Shown: piece by piece, positions 1 to 10,377 of the stretch | How positions within the stretch are numbered: position 1 is the first letter of the stretch | How the letters are laid out: each line of letters opens with the position of its first letter | NCBI RefSeq assembly: GCF_026626665.1 | Contig: NZ_JAPNKE010000002.1 | Coordinates: 3,437,168-3,501,167 of the forward strand | DNA: 64,000 nt | Origin: Nannocystis pusilla | Lineage (GTDB): Bacteria > Myxococcota_A > Polyangia > Nannocystales > Nannocystaceae | Reading direction: 5' to 3' | Made by a program: the position numbers and the translations under genes | The notes under the pieces: model-generated | Seen by the model: the letters and a program-made list of their open reading frames with translations, nothing else | Told to the model about the DNA's origin: nothing | Database searches by the model: none

Positions 1-127
1 TCCGCCATACCGCCACGATACCACCCTTCACCCCCTCGCCCCCCTCTCATCAACTGTCTCTTCCATCATGTCCCTTCGGACATCCACGTCATCCCGCCGT
101 CCCGTCTCGCGGTGTATCCTCGCGCGC

Positions 128-913
128 ATGTCCACGGACCGCCGGATCTCGACCCAGACACACGGCCACGTGCGGATGATCGGCCTCGACCGCGCCGCCA
201 AGCGCAACGCCTTCGACCTCGCCATGCTGCGGCAACTGGCCGAGGCCTTCACCGAATTCGAGGACGACCCGCAACTGCGCTGCGCCGTCGTGTTCGCCCA
301 CGGCGAGCACTTCACGGCCGGCCTCGACCTCGCCGAGGTCGGCCCCGCCGTCGCGCGCGGCGAGCCGCTGTTCCCCGCGGGCGCGGTCGACCCGCTCGGC
401 CTCCACGGCCGCGTGCGCAGCAAGCCGGTCGTGCTGGCGGCCCAGGGCTACTGTCTGACCCTCGGCATCGAGTTGATGCTGGCCGCCGACATCCGGATCG
501 CCGCCAGCGACGCGCGCTTCGGCCAGATCGAGATCCGGCGCGGGATCTTCCCGTTCGGCGGCGCGACCTTGCGGCTGCCGCAGGTCGCCGGGTGGGGCAA
601 CGCGATGCGCTGGCTCCTCACCGGCGACATGTTCGACGCCGCCGAGGCGCTGCGGATCGGCCTCGCGCAGGAAGTGGTCGAGCCCGGCAAGCAGGTCGAG
701 CGGGCCGCCGAGATCGCGGCCACGATCGCCGCCCAGGCCCCGCTCGGCGTGCGAGCCACCCTCGCCACCGCCCGCACGACCGTGGAGCGCGGCCCCGAGG
801 CCGCCCTCGCCGGCATGATGGCCGAGGTCCGCGCGATCATGGGCTCGGACGACGCGCGCGAGGGCATGCAGTCGTTCGTCGAGCGCCGGGCGGCGAAGTT
901 CACCGGCGCCTGA
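128..913 (+). CDS. enoyl-CoA hydratase/isomerase (crotonase-fold) family protein
   Basis: ORF 68..913 trimmed to the internal ATG (MSTDRR...). Crotonase-fold segments are present: AVVFAHGEHFTAGLDL, GYCLTLGIELMLAADIRIA and FPFGGATLRLPQVAG. Ends at TGA 911-913. Confidence 0.8.
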   Translation: MSTDRRISTQTHGHVRMIGLDRAAKRNAFDLAMLRQLAEAFTEFEDDPQLRCAVVFAHGEHFTAGLDLAEVGPAVARGEPLFPAGAVDPLGLHGRVRSKPVVLAAQGYCLTLGIELMLAADIRIAASDARFGQIEIRRGIFPFGGATLRLPQVAGWGNAMRWLLTGDMFDAAEALRIGLAQEVVEPGKQVERAAEIAATIAAQAPLGVRATLATARTTVERGPEAALAGMMAEVRAIMGSDDAREGMQSFVERRAAKFTGA

Positions 914-1042
914 CCTTGGGCCAGGCCCCGCGGCGAGCCCGCGCAAGCCGCCCGCCTGCCGTCGCCGGTTCGTGGCGACCCGCGAGGACGGGGTTATACT
1001 CGCGCGGCACGGCGCGGCGACCGCGCCACGAAGGAGACAGCG

Positions 1043-1330
1043 ATGAAGATCGACCTGGAGAAGTTCCTCGCGGCCACCATGCTGCTCGCCACCGCCACTA
1101 CCCCGGCCTGCGGCAGCAAGGACGCCAAGAAAGTCGAGACCAAGGCCGACACCAAGACCGCGGCCCCGCCGCCCGCTCAACCCCAGCCGACCCCGGCGCC
1201 CGTCGCCGCTCCGCCCGCCGCGCCCGAGGCCGCCCCGCCTGCGACCCCGCCCGCGCCGGCCGCCGCCGACAAGCCCGCCGGCGCCGCCAAGCCCGACCCG
1301 GGCCCCGAGGAAGAGAAGCCGTCCTGGTGA
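1043..1330 (+). CDS. small Pro/Ala-rich secreted lipoprotein (hypothetical)
   Basis: A strong SD (AAGGAG) lies 7 nt upstream of the ATG. The N-terminus has a hydrophobic signal ending in a lipobox-like ...TTPAC. The rest is low-complexity PAPxA. Confidence 0.55.
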   Translation: MKIDLEKFLAATMLLATATTPACGSKDAKKVETKADTKTAAPPPAQPQPTPAPVAAPPAAPEAAPPATPPAPAAADKPAGAAKPDPGPEEEKPSW

Positions 1331-1392
1331 CCTTTCGGGCATGTCCTCCGCGACATGCCCCCTCGAACCTGCCCTTTTGGACATGCCCCGAG
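1331..1392. repeat. 14-bp-period palindromic repeat array (4-5 units, core GGRCATGYCC) between convergent genes
   Basis: Units read tttcGGGCATGTCC / tccgCGACATGCCC / cctcGAACCTGCCC / ttttGGACATGCCC. Adjacent cores are mutual reverse complements, so they can pair into tetraloop hairpins. Confidence 0.7.
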
Positions 1393-1560
1393 AGCCACCC
1401 GCGCTCTCGGAGCCCCCTCCACGCTCCTGCTCACGACGGAGCGATCGGGCTTGCGACCGACCTGGACGCGCCGGTCGCGTGGCCGAGCTGGCGGGCGCGG
1501 CGAACAGACCGCCGATAGGATCGCGGCTGTCCCGCAGGCCATGTCCCGCGGGACAGCCGC

Positions 1561-2584
1561 TCAGATCCGCGTCTCGCTGCTCGCCAGGCGCTTCTTTCCG
1601 AGCATCCCCGCGGCGTCGAACCACTCGTAGATGTCGCGCACGCTGTCGGCGAACGGCCGGACCGTGTAGCCGAGCGCGCGCTCGGCCTTGCCGTGGTCGA
1701 AGCGCGCGCGTGGCCAACACCGACAGCGACTCGTGGGTGTAGAGCGGCTCCTGCCGCATCACCGCGCCGGCGACCCCGAACAGCGGCACCCCCACGCGCG
1801 CGAACCAGATCGGCGCCACCAGCCGCGGCGGCTTCACGCCGGTGATGGCCTCGGCGACGGCTCCGATGTCGCGCACGTGCACCGTGTGCCCCGTCAGCAG
1901 GTAGTTCTCGCCGTTCTCGCCGCGCGCCTGCGCGGCCAGCATCCCGGCCACCACGTCGCGCACGTCGACGAAGTCGAACGCCCCGTCGATCAGGCTCGGC
2001 AGCGACCGCCGGTACAGCTGCAAGAACATCCGGCCCATGCGCGACGGTCCGAAGTCGTACGGCCCGATCACGCCCGAGGGATGCACGATCACCGCGTCGA
2101 GGCCGCGGCCCATCACCTCGCGGAGCGCCCGCTCGCCGGCCGCCTTCGAGCGGTCGTACGCGAAGTGGCTCGGCTCGTCGGGCACCCGCGGCCAGCGCTC
2201 GTCGACCTCCACGCCGCTCGTGCCCTCGCGGTAGAGGTCGAACGCGTGGACCGAGCTGCAGTGGACCAGGCGGCGCACGCCGGCGGCCAGCGCTGCCTCG
2301 GCGATCGAGCGCACCCCGTCGACGTTGACGGCGCGCACCAGCCCCCGCGGGTCGCCCGAGATCGAGATCTGGGCCGCGAGGTGATACACGACGTCGACTC
2401 CCGCGGTCGCGCGGCGCGCCGCGTCCGGATCGCGCACGTCGCCGGTGACGCGTTCGACGTCGAGCCCCGCGAGCGCGCGCTGGGAATTGCGGACGAGCAC
2501 GCGGACGCGCTCGCCGCGAGACAGCAACGTACGGACTAAATTCGCGCCGATGTGACCCGCGGCGCCGGTGACGAGGACGGTCAT
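1561..2584 (-). CDS. NAD-dependent epimerase/dehydratase family protein; reading frame disrupted near 1700
   Basis: The N-terminus MTVLVTGAAGHIGANL is a Rossmann GxxGxxG. The C-terminal ~45 aa (FDHGKAERALGYTVRPFADSVRDIYEWF...ETRI*) is only readable after a 1-nt shift inside a GCGCGCGC run at ~1695-1705. Stop is TGA at 1561-1563. Confidence 0.7.
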
Positions 2585-2672
2585 GCGATCGGCGGGATGA
2601 TACAGGCGCGCGGCATTGCGCCTCAAGCCCGACACGACAGCGCTGCACCGTCGGGTTAGCCTGGACCCGCAG

Positions 2673-5600
2673 ATGTCGCGCGCCGGCGGTGATCCCACCC
2701 CGCGGTCCTCCGGGCCGGACCCCGATCCCACGCTTGTCGGCGACCCTCCTCCGCGGCCGGACTTCGCCACCGACGAGACTCTGGCCGGAGATCTGTCGCC
2801 CCGCGCGCGGCCCCCCGCGAGCCCGCCCCCGGACCTCGACCGCTCGTCGCTCTCGCAGCGCGAGCGCGCGCTCCAGCTCACCCGTTACGTCCTCATGCGT
2901 CGCCTCGGCGCCGGCGGCATGGGTGTCGTCTACCTCGCCTACGACCCCAGCCTCGATCGCAAGGTCGCGATCAAGCTGCTGCGCGTGGCCCCCGGCGACG
3001 GCCCCGCCCAGGCCGCGCACGCTCGCCTGCTGCGCGAGGCCCAGGCGCTGGCCCGGCTGTCGCACGGCAACGTGGTCGCGGTCCACGACGTCGGCAGCTA
3101 CGACGCCGACGCCCTCACCACCATGCGGATCGGCCCGCACCGCACGGAGCCTGTCCCGAAGGACAGGGTGCCGCAGACCGCCGGCGTGTTCCTGGTGATG
3201 GAGTACGTCCCCGGCATCACCCTCGCCCAGTGGCTCGACGACCGCGTCCGCGGCGTGCGCGAGGTCCTCGACGTGTTCCTCGCCGCCGGTCGCGGCCTGG
3301 TCGCCGCGCACGCCGTCGGCATCATCCACCGCGACTTCAAGCCCGGCAACGTCCTGGTCGGAGAGACAGGTCGGATCTGCGTGTTCGACTTCGGCCTGGC
3401 GCGCCCCGCCGGCGAGGTCGAGCCGACCAGCCCCGCCGCTTCGCCCGAACCCGGCGCCCCGATCGATCCGCTGTCCTCCTCGCTCGTGTCCGGCCCGCTC
3501 ACCCGCGTGGGCACGCTCGTCGGCACGCCGGCCTACATGGCCCCGGAGCAGCGGGGCGGCGCCGCGATCGACGAGCGCGCCGATCAGTTCAGCTTCTGCG
3601 TCGCCCTCTACGAGGGCCTCTACGGCAACCGCCCGTTCAGCGGCGACAACCTGTTCGCGCTCGAGGCGGCCAAGGCCCGCGGTCGCGTCGATCCGCCGCG
3701 TCGCCCCGCCAAGGTCCCGCCGGCGATCCACCGCGCCCTCCTGCGCGGCCTCTCGGCTGAACCCGGGGACAGGTGGCCGTCGATGCAGGCGCTGCTCGAC
3801 GCGCTCGAGCGGCCGCTGCGGCGCGACCGCAGGCGCTGGGCCCTCGCCGGCGGCGGCGCGCTGCTCGTCGCCGGCGCCGTCGCCTTCGCCCTCGCCGGCG
3901 AAGCGCCTGCGCTGTGTACCGGGGCCGCCGAGGCGCTCGCGCCGACGTGGAACCCCGAGCGACGCGCCGCCCTCGACGCCGCCTTCGCGGCCACCGGCCT
4001 GCCGTACGCCCCCGACGCGGCCGCTCGCGCCGGCGCGCGCGTCGACGCCTGGGCCGAGGCGTGGATCGCCGGCCACACCGACGCGTGCGCCGCGGCCAAC
4101 ATCCGCGGCGAGCAATCACATGACCTTTGGACAGGCGCATGCACTGCCTCGAGGATCGCCGCCACGAGCTCGACGCCCTGCTCGGCGTGCTCGCCGGGGC
4201 CGACGCCGACGCCGTTGCGCACGCCCACGACGCCGTCGAGGCCTTGCCGTCCCCGGCCCGCTGCGCCGACCTCGACGCCCTCCGCGCCGACGTCGCCCCG
4301 CCCGCGCCCGCCCTCGCCGAGGCCGTCCAGGAGCTGCGCGACCAGCTCTCGCGCGCCAGCGCCGAGGCTGCGGCCGGCCACCCCGGCGCCGGCCTCAACC
4401 TGCTCGAGGCCGCCGAGCAGCGCTCGCGCGACCTCGGCTACCGCCCGCTGCGCGCCGAGGTGCTGGCGCAGCTCGCCGAGCAGCTGTTCGTCGCCAGCAA
4501 GTACGACGACGGCGTCCGCGTCTACGGCGACGCCTACTGGGAGGCGCTCGCCGCCGGCCACGACCGCCTGGCCTTCGAGACAGCCAGCGGCTTCGCCGGC
4601 CGCCTGGCGCAGACGCTCGGCCACCCCGACGACGCCCAGCCGTGGCTGCGCCACGCCGAGGCCCTCCACGAGCGCCTCGGTCGCCCGCCTCGCCTCGGCG
4701 GCGACCTCGAGTTCCGTCGCGGCCAGATCGCCGAGGCCCGCCGCGAGTACGCCACCGCCATCGACCACTACCGCCGCTCGCTCGCCGACCTGCCCGAGCG
4801 CTCGATCTCCGCCGTCACCACCCGCCAGAACCTCGCCAACGTCCACCTCAGCCTCGGTCAGCTCGAGCCGGCGCAGATCATCTTCGAGGACCTCCTGGCC
4901 CTGCGCCGCGACATCTACGGCGAGGGTCACCCGAGCAACGCCTTCTCGCTGGCCGACCTCGGCAACGTCGCCACCCTGCGCGGCGACTTCGACACCGCCG
5001 AGCAGCACCAGCGCGCCGCCCTGACGATCCTCCGCGCCGCCCTGCCCCCGCGCCACGAGCGGCTCGCCTACCCGCTGTCGGCGCTGGCCGACATCGCCGC
5101 CCAGCGCGGCGACTTCGGCGCGGCCCTCGACGCCTACGAGGAGGCGCGGGCGATCTGGGAGCACAACTTCGGCCCGCTGAGCACCCGCGTGGCCGCCATG
5201 CTCGAGCGCCTCGCCTCGGTCCAGCAGGTGCGCGGCGAGCTCGGGCTGGCCGAGCAGCACGCCACCCGCGCCCTCGCCATCTGGAGCGCCGCGCAGAGCC
5301 CCGACCCCCAGGGCATCGTCCTGGCCCACCTCGCCCTCGCGCAGATCGAGCTCGCCCGCGACAACTACGCCGCCGCCCGCGACCACACCGACAAGGCCCT
5401 GCCCCTGTCCGCCTCGGTGCTCGGCGAGGACAACCTCTATACCGCCGTCAGTCGGGCGATCCGGGGTCGCGCTCGCGGGCCTCGGCGACCTGTCGGCGGC
5501 CGAGCGCGAGGCCGACGCCGCCGTCGCGGCGATCGAGCGCAACTACGGCGGCGACTCGCTGTGGATGTCCGAGGTCCTGACCCCTCGCGCCAGGGTGCGG

Positions 5601-5848
5601 CAGTCGCAAGGTCGCCTCGACGACGCGCGCCGCGATCTCGAGCGCAGCATTTCCTTGCTCGATCCGCGCGACGCTCCCATCCAGCGCGCCCAGGCCGAAT
5701 TCCAGCTCGCACAGGTCCTCTGGGGCTCTCGCGGAGATCGCGCACAGGCCCGCACCCTCGCTGTCTCGGCGCAGACCCTGTTCCGAAGGCAGGGGCGAAG
5801 CACTACCAGGCCGAGGTCGACGCCTGGCTCGAGCGTCACCCGGCCTGA
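2673..5848 (+). CDS. Ser/Thr protein kinase with transmembrane segment and C-terminal TPR region; frame broken at ~4120, ~5450 and ~5790
   Basis: Hanks kinase motifs are present: LGAGGMGVVYLA, VAIK, HRDFKPGNVL, DFGLAR, GTPAYMAPE. The TPR-like tail continues in the frame of ORF 4127..5848, with an excursion into the frame of ORF 5565..6473 (SGVALAGLGDLSAAE...TLFR) and back (KAGAKHYQAEVDAWLERHPA*). Confidence 0.75.
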
Positions 5849-5857
5849 TCTTCGCAT

Positions 5858-5900
5858 GTCCTTTCCGCCATGTCGCAACCGACATCCGGCGGGAGCCCTA
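5858..5900. repeat. 14-bp-period GCATGTCC-type repeat array (3 units) just 3' of the kinase gene
   Basis: cgcATGtcctttcc / gccATGtcgcaacc / gacATCcggcggga, giving ATG-to-ATG spacing of 14. Confidence 0.55.
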
Positions 5901-6082
5901 GGGGAACGAGCAGGGCACCGGAGGCGTGACCGCGGCGACGCCTCGCCCCAGGAAGTTCGCGCCCCGGACCTACCTTGTGCGCCGGATCGCGGGCCGTCCG
6001 CTCGCCGGTCTTGCGACCACGTCACAGAAATTTCGTCGGTCGGCGCTGGCGCATCGGCGAACGTCGTGGGAAAGATCAGCGC

Positions 6083-8164
6083 ATGTTGTCCTGCTCTGGC
6101 CTGGTCTCGCGCGCGTACCTCACGGTCACGTGGCTCGCCCTCGCCGGCTGTTACAGCGGCTTCTCGGGCGCCATCCCTGACGAGCAGACGCCGCCGGAGC
6201 GCCCGCCCGTCAGCGAGGGCCCGCTGGGCGCCCCGCAGCTCTCACCGCTCGAGCTCGACGCCCTCTCGCCCGACCCTGCGCCTGGCGGCGTCGCCTTCGA
6301 CCTCCACGTCACCGGCGCCGGGTTCACGCGCTCCAGCGTCGTCGTCGTCGCCGGTCAAGAGCTGCCGACCACCTTCGTCTCGGGCGGCGAGTTGCACGCC
6401 CACAGCGGCCCGCGCAAGCGCGGCGACTACGAGGTGCTGGTCCGCCGCGACGACGAGGAGTCGCGCCAGCTGACCCTCGCCGTCGAGCGCTCGGCCCCGC
6501 GGATCCTCGTCCCCGCCGAGGTCGGGGTCGACGAGGACACCGAGGTCGGCCTCGTCGTCGACGTCGTCGACGTCGCCGATCCCGCGGCCCTGCGCGTCCA
6601 CGTGCTCGGCCTGCCGCCGGGCGCCACCTGGGACGAGCCGACCCGCACCTTCCGCTTCACCCCCGACTTCACCCAGGGCGGCGATCGCTGGACCGTCACG
6701 GTGCTCGCCCACGACCACGAGTCGCGCGTCGAGGCCACCTTCGACGTCGTCGTCCGCGACACCATCCAGCCGCCGTGGCCCGAGGTCGTCGACACCGAGT
6801 TCCTCGACGCCAGCGGATATGTCCGTTACCACCTGGCCCAAAAGACAGATGACTACCTCGACAGCCCGGGCTACGCCGGCCGCGAGTTCGTCGCCAAGGT
6901 CATGGTCCCGCTCGACGTCCCGCCAGAGGGCGTGCCGGTGCGGATCGGCCTGCACGGCTTCGCCACGGCCAACCCCGGCGGCACCGGCTCGGCCAACGAG
7001 ATCCGGATCTCCCCGCACGACCCCGACAACACCTACTGGTGGGGCTACGCCGATTCGCTGCCCGACGTCGAGCCCGCGGCCGGCGCGCGCGCCCGACTAC
7101 ACCATGCGCCGCGTGCTCCACCTCGTCGAGTACGTCGTGCGCCACCACCCGAGGCCGACCCGCAGCGCGTCTACGTCTACGGCAGCTCGATGGGCGGCGC
7201 CGGGGCGATGCTGCTCGGCCTCCTGCGCGGGCGTCACTTCGCGTACATCGACGCGCGCCTCGGTCAGGCGATCGCCCGCAACCACCGGCCGTCGCGGATC
7301 ACCCAGCTGTCCGGCTGGTGGGGCGCGCCGGAGCTCGACCTCGACGGCGGCGGCGGCCTGTCGGCGTGGGATCACATGGACCTGACGCGCGCCCTCGCCG
7401 ACTCGAGCGAGGCCCGCGACCAGTTCCTGTTCCTCAAGCACGGCAAGGACGACCCGACCATCCACTTCGGCGCCGCCGTCCTGCCGAGCCCGCGCACCGG
7501 CGAGAGCTTCTATCAGGCGCTGCAGAGCCGCGGCGTCGGCCACTTCGCCATCTGGGACGAGGGCGGCCACGGCGTCGCCGATCCTGTCCTCGGGGACAGC
7601 TGGTGGACCGGCTCGTGGGCGCCGATCAGCGGCGACGAGGCCACGCTGCGCCGCGACCGGGCGTTCCCCGCCTTCTCGTACTCCTCGCTCGACGACGACC
7701 CCGGCGTCGGCGTCGGCAACGGCAAGCAGGACTGGAGCGCCAACGCGGGCTTCGCCGGCGAGGTCGCCATCGCCGGCGACACCGGCTGGGACGGCGCCAT
7801 CGCCGGCGCGCTCGGCCGGTTCCTCCGCTGGGACGGCGCCTCGGTGGTCGACACCGTCGATCGCCTGCAATTCGCCCTGCGCGTCCACGCCGGCGACGGC
7901 GCCGACCCGCCCGCGCCCGGCTACCCGAGCGAGGGCGACCGGGTGATGGCCGAGCTGCCCGCGTTCGTCGACGTGACCCCGCGCCGCACCCAGGCCTTCC
8001 GCTGCCGCCCCGGCGAGCGCGTCGCCTGGTCGTTCGGCCAGGACCACGGCGAGGTGGTCGCCGGCCCCGACGGCAGCGTCACGATCCCCGCCCTGCCGCT
8101 GACCGACACCTGGACCACTCTGGTCCTGCGCCGCACGCTCACCGTGATCGCCGCCTCCCACTGA
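6083..8164 (+). CDS. lipoprotein with N-terminal Ig-like region and C-terminal alpha/beta-hydrolase (esterase/peptidase-like, GSSMGG nucleophile elbow); compensating frame excursion ~7085-7150
   Basis: The signal peptide plus lipobox is MLSCSGLVSRAYLTVTWLALAGC. GxSxG appears as YVYGSSMGGAGA. The expected segment PDYTMRRVLHLVEYVVRHHP is readable only in the frame of ORF 6819..7385. The ATG at 6083 was verified in sequence. Confidence 0.65.
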   Translation: MLSCSGLVSRAYLTVTWLALAGCYSGFSGAIPDEQTPPERPPVSEGPLGAPQLSPLELDALSPDPAPGGVAFDLHVTGAGFTRSSVVVVAGQELPTTFVSGGELHAHSGPRKRGDYEVLVRRDDEESRQLTLAVERSAPRILVPAEVGVDEDTEVGLVVDVVDVADPAALRVHVLGLPPGATWDEPTRTFRFTPDFTQGGDRWTVTVLAHDHESRVEATFDVVVRDTIQPPWPEVVDTEFLDASGYVRYHLAQKTDDYLDSPGYAGREFVAKVMVPLDVPPEGVPVRIGLHGFATANPGGTGSANEIRISPHDPDNTYWWGYADSLPDVEPAAGARARLHHAPRAPPRRVRRAPPPEADPQRVYVYGSSMGGAGAMLLGLLRGRHFAYIDARLGQAIARNHRPSRITQLSGWWGAPELDLDGGGGLSAWDHMDLTRALADSSEARDQFLFLKHGKDDPTIHFGAAVLPSPRTGESFYQALQSRGVGHFAIWDEGGHGVADPVLGDSWWTGSWAPISGDEATLRRDRAFPAFSYSSLDDDPGVGVGNGKQDWSANAGFAGEVAIAGDTGWDGAIAGALGRFLRWDGASVVDTVDRLQFALRVHAGDGADPPAPGYPSEGDRVMAELPAFVDVTPRRTQAFRCRPGERVAWSFGQDHGEVVAGPDGSVTIPALPLTDTWTTLVLRRTLTVIAASH

Positions 8165-8412
8165 CACCTGGCCCTCCGGCCATGTCCGTTCAGACATCCT
8201 TATTAGAGGGACATGCTTTAGCGAGCATGTTCTCCTCGGGTGGTCGCGGGCCCCGACGGCAGCGTCACGATCCCCGCCCTGCCGCTGACGACACCTGGAC
8301 CAATCTGGTCCTGCGCCGTACGCTCACGGCAATCGCCGCCTCGCACCAGACATGGCCCCCCGGCCATGTTCTTTCCGACCTTTTCAAAGGACATGCTCCT
8401 GCGAGCATGTTC
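8065..8412. repeat. tandem duplication (~170-bp unit x2) made of the last ~100 bp of the upstream gene plus a ~70-bp GGACATG-type palindromic element
   Basis: Copy 1 (8065-8232) includes the coding tail ...GPDGSVTIPALPLTDTWTTLVLRRTLTVIAASH* plus the element ...ggccatgtccgttcagacatcc...agggacatgctttagcgagcatgttctcctcg. Copy 2 (8237-8412) repeats both with ~90% identity. Confidence 0.8.
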
Positions 8413-8701
8413 TCCTCGACATGTTCTCGAGAGGCGTCGAATCGCGGCTCCGACCAGCGAGCGCCGGCGCACCGCTCGCCGGACCGTCGCGGCCAGGCTC
8501 AACCCTGTCGCCCGTAGCGCGCGTGCGGGGGCGTCGACCCCCGCGCGACCCGTCGACGCGCGGGCGCCTCGGCCCACGCGAGCGATTGCCTCCGTCGCTT
8601 GGGCCGCGAGCAGGGCTCACGAGCTCCGCGGATCTGGGTGATTGAGCGCGTTTGGCACCCGTCCCTCCGGCACCTCGACGAAGGCCGCTCGCTGCGGTTA
8701 G

Positions 8702-9724
8702 ATGCCTCCCGTGCGCGACCCGCGGGTGCTCACGGCTGGCCTGGCGGCCGCGCTCGCCTGCGGTGAGCCGTCGCCTGTCGCGGAGCCCGAGGACGATGCG
8801 CCGGCATCGACCTCGCGCGCCGCCCCGCCGCTCGCCCACCTCGATCCGCTCGGCCCCCGCGATCTCGACCTCACGCGCGGGTCCTCGCTGCCGTTCCGCC
8901 CGGCCGTCCACCGCGAGCCGATCGACCCCCGCGACCGCGACCTTCTGGCGCGCTGGCCCTCGCTCGCGCACTACCCCCGCGTCCCGCAGGTGCTCGCCGC
9001 GGGCCTGCGCGCGCGCGAACCTGCCGCGATCTTCCGCGGCCTCGAGCTCGCCTTCGAGCCCGATCGCTGGGCCGAGATCGACGCCTGGGAGCGCCTCGGC
9101 CACATCCGCCTCGACGAACCCGCCGGCTTCTGCCGCACCGACGCCGGCCGCCCCGTTCAGCTGTCCCCGGGGACATACGACCTCGGCTGCCTCGGCGGCT
9201 TCCTCGAGGGCGTTCGCCTGCTGTGGTTGCCGCGGATCGAGCTCGCCGACCTCGTGCCCTGCGACCCGCCCGGCGGCTTCGAGTCGTGCCAGGACGGCGC
9301 TCACGCCGGCCGTGCCGCCCTCCTGCAGATAGCGGCCCGCCTGCCCGCCGAAGCCCTCCCGCACGGCCTCGAGCTGCTCGACCTGCGCCTCGGCGAGCTC
9401 GCACCCGACGCTCTGATCGCCGCCCTCGTCCCCGACGCGCTCCACCTCTGCAGCGTCTCGCACCGCGCTCGCGCCCGCGGCGGCGAGCGCATGTACCATC
9501 ACATGATGATCGTCGACCCCGCCCGCGATCACCTCGGCCGCGTGCGCGTGTTCGACACCACCGGCGCCGCCGGCGTCGCCTGGCGGTCGATGCGACCCGA
9601 GCGCCTGCACGCCTACGCGCGCCGCCTCCTGGCCCGCCACGACACCTTCCGCTACGACCCCGAGACCGCCCGGCTCGCCTGCCTGCCCGTGCGCCCGCCG
9701 GCCGGCGAAATCACAGGTCCGTGA
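8702..9724 (+). CDS. hypothetical lipoprotein
   Basis: A 340-aa ORF whose N-terminus ends in LAAALAC (lipobox-like). It is read in Pro/Ala-rich, high-GC codon style. No recognisable domain. The start codon is uncertain. Confidence 0.45.
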   Translation: MPPVRDPRVLTAGLAAALACGEPSPVAEPEDDAPASTSRAAPPLAHLDPLGPRDLDLTRGSSLPFRPAVHREPIDPRDRDLLARWPSLAHYPRVPQVLAAGLRAREPAAIFRGLELAFEPDRWAEIDAWERLGHIRLDEPAGFCRTDAGRPVQLSPGTYDLGCLGGFLEGVRLLWLPRIELADLVPCDPPGGFESCQDGAHAGRAALLQIAARLPAEALPHGLELLDLRLGELAPDALIAALVPDALHLCSVSHRARARGGERMYHHMMIVDPARDHLGRVRVFDTTGAAGVAWRSMRPERLHAYARRLLARHDTFRYDPETARLACLPVRPPAGEITGP

Positions 9725-9735
9725 GGACAGGTCCC

Positions 9736-10320
9736 ATGCGCCAGGTACGAAAGTACATCCTCCGCCTGCTCGCCCTCCTGTGCGTCTGGGGCCTCGTTCA
9801 CCTGGTCATCGTCGCCGTCGACGGCTGCACCGACGAGGCTCGCCCCGCCGACGTCGCGGTCGTCCTCGGCAACCACGTCAGCCCCGCGGGCGAGCCCTCG
9901 CGCCGTCTTCAGCTGCGCCTCGACCGCGCCGCCGCCCTGTACGCCGCCGGCCTCGCCCCACGCATCATCGTCAGCGGCGGCCGGGATCCCGGCAGCCCGC
10001 ACGAGGCCGACGTCATGCGCGACTACCTGGTCGCTCGCGGCGTCCCGGCCGAGCGGATCGCCGTCGACCGCGGCGGCGTCAACACTCACGCCACGGCCCG
10101 CTTCGTCGCCGCCGACCTGCGCGCCCGCGGCGAGCGCTCCGCCATCGCCGTCAGCCAGTACTACCACGTCACCCGCACCAAGCTGGCGCTGCGCCGCTTC
10201 GGCGTCGAGGCCACCGGCGCCCACGCCGACCTCGAGCTCGAGCTGCGCGAGCCGTGGTCGCTGCTGCGCGAGGTCGTCGGCTTCTACGCCTACCTGTTCA
10301 AGGACTACCGCCTCGAATGA
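9736..10320 (+). CDS. YdcF/DUF218 (SanA/ElyC-like) family protein with N-terminal TM helix
   Basis: MRQVRKYILRLLALLCVWGLVHLVIV forms a TM helix. Conserved DUF218-like segments follow: AVVLGNHV...RLDRAAALYAAGLAPRIIVSGG and AVSQYYHVTRT. The ATG at 9736 was verified. Confidence 0.7.
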   Translation: MRQVRKYILRLLALLCVWGLVHLVIVAVDGCTDEARPADVAVVLGNHVSPAGEPSRRLQLRLDRAAALYAAGLAPRIIVSGGRDPGSPHEADVMRDYLVARGVPAERIAVDRGGVNTHATARFVAADLRARGERSAIAVSQYYHVTRTKLALRRFGVEATGAHADLELELREPWSLLREVVGFYAYLFKDYRLE

Positions 10321-10365
10321 TCGAAGAGGACATGTCCGCAAGAACATGCCCTCTCGAACAGCCTG
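10321..10365. repeat. 14-bp-period GGACATGYCC repeat array (3 units) between convergent genes
   Basis: tcgaagaGGACATGTCC gcaa GAACATGCCC tctc GAACAGCC. Confidence 0.65.
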
Positions 10366-10377
10366 CTCCGCCGTGGC

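Noticed and set aside
89-5542. Very long antisense or alternative-frame ORFs (for example 89..2881 minus 930 aa, 1431..4115 minus 894 aa, 112..1518 plus 468 aa, 3620..5542 minus 640 aa) rich in Arg/Gly/Pro/Ala
   Set aside because: These are typical stop-codon-free shadow frames of 70% GC DNA. Their translations are low-complexity, they overlap genes with clear domain content on the other strand or frame, and they lack start context. Only the embedded real gene (for example the epimerase at 1561..2584) was kept.
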